DNA from: Vitrella brassicaformis CCMP3155
Taxonomy: Eukaryota > Protista > Chromerida
Length of the DNA stretch: 64,000 nucleotides
Direction of reading: 5' to 3'
Assembly: GCA_001179505.1 (NCBI GenBank)
Contig: CDMY01000206.1
Location: 62,001-126,000 of the forward strand
The notes below the pieces were generated by a model. That model was given only the letters and a program-made list of their open reading frames with translations, was not told where the DNA came from and made no database searches. The first letter of the stretch is position 1, and each line of letters opens with the position of its first letter. The position numbers were made by a program, and so were the translations under genes. Positions 60,138 to 64,000 of this stretch are shown here, piece after piece.

Positions 60138-61052
60138 TCACATGACGGGCAGCAGGGGTTGTGCTTTGGGCATCTCCTGCCTAATCTCAATCTCATTCTC
60201 TTGCGGCTGCATCTGGTACTTGATGACCTTGATGCGCGGCTTGGTGAACTTGTCACGCAAACTGCACACACACACACACACACACACACGTGTGCGTGTG
60301 TCTCTTGTCTGCCCATGGCGTGTGTCTGCGTGAGTGAGTGTGAAAGCGACCTCATCATTTTGTGGGTGAATATGGCGTGGCGGGAAATGTCACTCATCTG
60401 CCCGATAATCGCCATCAGCCGCTGTGCCACACACACACGCACAGACAGACAGAGTGAGACACACGTGCACACGACCAGCCCACCTGCATCTGTTCGTTTT
60501 GCTGGCTGATGACTTCTTCGATTGCACGTCTGTCGTTGGCTTGCTTCTCCTGCAGGTCTGACAGCCGACGTCTGTCCTGCCTCTGCTCTTCGTCAATGAG
60601 GCGTCGCTTCGTCATGAGTGACCCGCTCTCTTGCACACCCAAATTAATGAGGGGATACCTGAACGACACAACAGAGAGACATGAGTGAGTGTGCTTTGCT
60701 GCCTCAGATACTTGACATACTTGGGTCGCTCGTCATTCTTGTCGTCGGCGTGTGCTTTGTGTGCGGTCTGCATGAAGCGGGGCAGAGCGTTGGTGCCGTC
60801 GGCACGGTCGGATGAGGGAGCCGGGAAGGCAAACAGATCGTCATCCTGCTGACTGTCGCTCGCCGCCACCTGCCGCTCATGCTGCTGCCGCCGCTGCTGC
60901 TGCTGTGGCTTCGACTCAGCTCCAGGGGAGGTAAAAAGATCGTCCTCTTTGCCTTTGGCCGTGTCTGTGCTGGGTGCGGCGGGTGGGCTACCCGACGTCG
61001 ATGTGAGGGCGAGCAGTGCCAGGCAAAGAATGATAAACTTCATCATGATCAT
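60138..61052 (-). CDS. Secreted protein with a central coiled coil, unknown function; about 4 exons
   Basis: Signal peptide MIMMKFIILCLALLALTSTSG; spliced ..DERPK|YPLINLG..EQMQ|RLMAIIGQ..KMM|SLRDKFTKPRIKVIKYQ..LPVM*. Confidence 0.62.
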
Positions 61053-61922
61053 CGCTCGTACCTCGTTGTCTGTATGAGCGAGTATGGTCTAAGGGAGAAG
61101 AATCTGTTTGGGATGGCGGTGCCGCAGCACCATAACAGGGGATAGCAGTAAGGGATATCAGGCAGTATAGGTCGGCGTTGCTGGTTGTGTGATTGGTTGC
61201 TGCTGCTGCTGCTCTTCGCTCGCGTCTATGATGTGTATGTGTACGTCTATGTGTGTGTGTGTGTGTGTGTGTGTTCAAATGACATGTTTGACGGCATGCT
61301 TGGCGCGCTTGGCTGATGCATGTCTTCCACTCCTCCTTGAATGTTTTTTTTGAACTGACGCCCATGTTCCATCCATCCATCCATCGATCCATCAATCCAT
61401 TGCATACGCCTGTCCCGTCCTTGACACGCCGCACCCAGCCAGCCAGCCAGCAGCCATACCATGCATTCGACACATGTATGTTATCTCTCTATCACTTTCT
61501 CGCATGAAGACCATTCCGGCACACGCACACCCAGGCAGGCAGCCAGAAAATGACACGAGATGTAAGTCGGTGCCTCTGTATCTTCTGTTCGGCTTCAGAA
61601 AGACGGTTCTCGACAGCCAAACACAGCCAGCAGCCATTCACCCCACAGGAAGAAGTGAAAGCGATAGCCGCACATACGTCCAGGCAGACCACACCCAATG
61701 CAGTCAGTCATTCGTGTGCATGTGTGTGTCGGTTGCGACCCCCACCTAACAGCGGGCATCCCAACAAACACCACACATCCATCCGTCCAGGCACACACAC
61801 ACACACCCCGCCTCTAGATGCCCCCTATCTGCCGGGCGCCCCGCTGTCTCATCCGAAGATGTTGTTAGTGCTCGTGCTCTGATGCACACACGCACACACA
61901 AGCTCACCCTCCGTCGCCCCAT

Positions 61923-63456
61923 TCATTGTGGTTGTGAAGGCTTGCTTACGGCGGGTGGTGCCCTGAATCCGCCCGATGGGATGCCGGCGGCCCGCGTTGG
62001 TGCGAGCACGGCCTTGAGGTCGTCGCTGGAGTTCATGAAGTTGCCGAACATCTTCTTGCCCGTCCGCGGACGCACCTCGCCCCCAGCTGTCATACCCATG
62101 GCACCCATGGCCAGGCCGCCCATCCCAACACCGCCCCCCACGCCACCCGCGTCTTCCTTGCGGCCAGCGGGTGTGAGTGTGGTGGTCTCCGCTTTGTGTT
62201 CGAGCACGGTGGTGGTGTTGGTGGGCTTCTCGGGCGGCAGCACGGAAGTGTCTGTGTCGTAGGTCATGTGGGCCACGGGGTCGGCGGGCTTGATGTAGGG
62301 CAACTCGTCGGCGGTGAACATCTTCTTGTTCGAAAAACGCTCCTATACAACAACAGCATATAGAGATAGAGACAGACACTGCGTCGGTCGGTCTGTGGGG
62401 TGTTTGCGTGTCTGTGTGTGTCAGGTCAGGTACGGGTGGCTCCTTGACGGTGGGCGGTTCGACTAGTTTGCGAGTGGGTTTGTACGGCTCGGCGACCACC
62501 TTGGGATCGCGCATCTTCTCGGGGTTGAACTGCGACTCGAGCAGCGCCTGCATGCGAGACGACTCCAACTGCACCAACTTGCTACCGCGGCCAACACCCT
62601 CTTCGCACATGTCACCTAACATAAGGCACGCAGTATTTGCAGGGGGTGAGTGTGTGTGGTAATGTGCCTGATGGTATGTGCGCACCGCACCTATCTGCTG
62701 GCCGTCGATGTTGCCCTGTATGTGTTTGTTGTCTTCGTGTTGCAGGGCGGCCTGCATGCCCAGTCCGATGTTCTGGTCACGGCTCATCCCCTCGTGAAAC
62801 ACCTTCTTGCCACCCTGCACACACATACAGAGATACACAGAGAGAGAGGTGCATTCATTAGAGCCCCGTTGCCCCTCCCTTCTCTCTCTGTATGTGGGAC
62901 ATCCATCCGTCAGATTGCCTTGAAATAGGCGTTCATGGCGATGTCATGGGTGTCGTGGCGGAGACCCTCGGCCAGCGATGGACGCACGGGACTCAGGTGC
63001 TCACCAGACGACACGGGCCTGATCACCACAAACAAACAAAGGCACCCAGAAAAATGCCCCTCTCCTTCCTCTCCTCTCCCTCTCCTATGTGTGTGCGTGT
63101 GTGTATTGTTGGCGTACCCGGCGTTGTCCCCGAAGGCGATGGAGCTGCGGAAGGTGGGCGACTGGGCGGCGGCCACCGAGGCGGCCTGGCCGATCCCAAC
63201 AGGGCCCATCTCACCGCCGCCCGTCTGGAACACGTTGGAATAGAGATGCGGGCAGTCACGGGGCTGCTTCGACAACCTGCACACAACACAGCACAGCCAG
63301 TGCGACCAGCGCATTCAATTCAGTGCAAACGCAACAAAAGAACGTGTGGATGCAGACGCAGACGGACGGATGGACGGACGGACGGATGCCTCATCCCTCC
63401 CTTACCTACCATGCCAGTTTGCCCTTGCCCTCAGCTTTCGTGTAGCCGGCGTCCAT
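61923..63456 (-). CDS. Uncharacterised low-complexity protein with repeated KK(M/V)F motifs; about 6 exons
   Basis: MDAGYTKAEGKGKLA|WLSKQPRD..SSIAFGDNA|..NAYFK|GGKKVFHEG..|GDMCEEG..|ERFSNKKMFTAD..RTGKKMFGNF..SQPQ*; this model needs one GC-AG intron (62815-62918). Confidence 0.55.
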
Positions 63457-64000
63457 GGTACTTATCTTCCTCTTTCAATCACACGCCGGCCGATTCACAC
63501 AGCACTAGGAATGCAGATGGCTGATGGCACTGGACAATAGCACGGCCGCAACGAGGCTCAGCCTCCTGCAGTAGTTTCCAGCGCCGACCGCAGCCGACGC
63601 GTCAGCAACAACACGCTACAGCAGAGTGTGTGGCACAGACGGTCTTGCGACGCCACCGGTGGGTAGAGGCGCGCTGCCTCAGCCCTGTGGTGGCCACAGA
63701 ATGCCCATTTAAGCCGAAAAAAGGAAAGTCACCGTGAAACTCTTCTGTTGAGGCTTAGCTCGCAGATCCGGGAAAGGATGGTTTGTCAATCGGCTTGTCA
63801 ACTGACACAGATGCAGTGGTGGAACTTGTCGTTTCTGTCTGTGTGTACCGCATCTTCATCAATGGCTGCATTCCTGCCCTCGCCTCCTCTTCGGCAGCTC
63901 AGATCTGCTGCTGCACGGTCAACATCTCCGTCACTGCAGCTGCGCGCTGCATCTGACAAGGCGGCCACACCAGGTGAGAGGTAGATCCGATGAGTCAAGC

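Noticed and set aside
62909-62912. In-frame TGA as possible selenocysteine or readthrough in the KK(M/V)F gene
   Set aside because: The sequence after it is an intron-like microsatellite; a GC-AG intron explains the frame better, and I recognised no SECIS element.
63798-63998. Minus-strand 66-aa ORF near the window end
   Set aside because: It may be an exon of a gene continuing beyond the window, but frame and identity cannot be established.
1-64000. Hundreds of ORFs in the six-frame track, including long antisense ORFs such as 10069-11289, 23695-24889 and 56014-57057
   Set aside because: They are shadow frames of GC-rich coding DNA or run through introns (VCVCVC, THTHTH and DRQTDRQ translations of microsatellites). 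Many start at GTG/TTG, which is not appropriate for this eukaryotic locus.
1-64000. CRISPR arrays, tRNA or rRNA genes, transposase or reverse-transcriptase ORFs, prokaryotic operons
   Set aside because: By eye I found no repeat-spacer arrays, tRNA T-loop plus cloverleaf, rRNA signatures or DDE/RT motifs. tRNAscan-SE, Infernal and RepeatModeler would be needed to exclude small RNAs rigorously.

Overview
Eukaryotic, GC-rich, gene-dense and intron-rich DNA. Short introns packed with CA/GT, GA/CT, GACA, CATC and CAGG microsatellites, together with the gene families present, point to the chromerid alga Vitrella brassicaformis or a close relative (inference). I can support about 23 protein-coding genes; all but two carry several spliceosomal introns, so the supplied ORF track, which ignores introns, is mostly exon fragments and GC-rich shadow ORFs. 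Recognisable conserved genes: a START lipid-transfer protein, SF3B6/p14, TYW5, an exostosin-like GT47, a mitochondrion-type PPR protein with about 11 repeats, a TMEM170-like protein, RPAP1 and an NAD(P)-dependent DFR/CCR-like reductase. Interspersed lineage-expanded families: two BTB-TLDc genes, four F-box-like genes (two form a head-to-head paralog pair) and one intronless ankyrin-like gene. There is also a very large secreted Ig/PKD/PA14/IPT/GSDH-propeller mosaic protein. Two 300-N scaffold gaps are present. I found no rRNA, tRNA, CRISPR array or transposase. Best leads: the mosaic propeller protein with apparently altered catalytic residues; the cluster of putative cullin-adaptor genes with shared MGxxxS N-termini; a possible intronised coding segment that rescues a frameshift; a hairpin/sub-repeat element at a duplication breakpoint; polarised microsatellites in introns; repeated short divergent promoters with AGATCT. 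Gene spans include introns and were spliced by eye. Domain calls rest on remembered motifs, not database searches.
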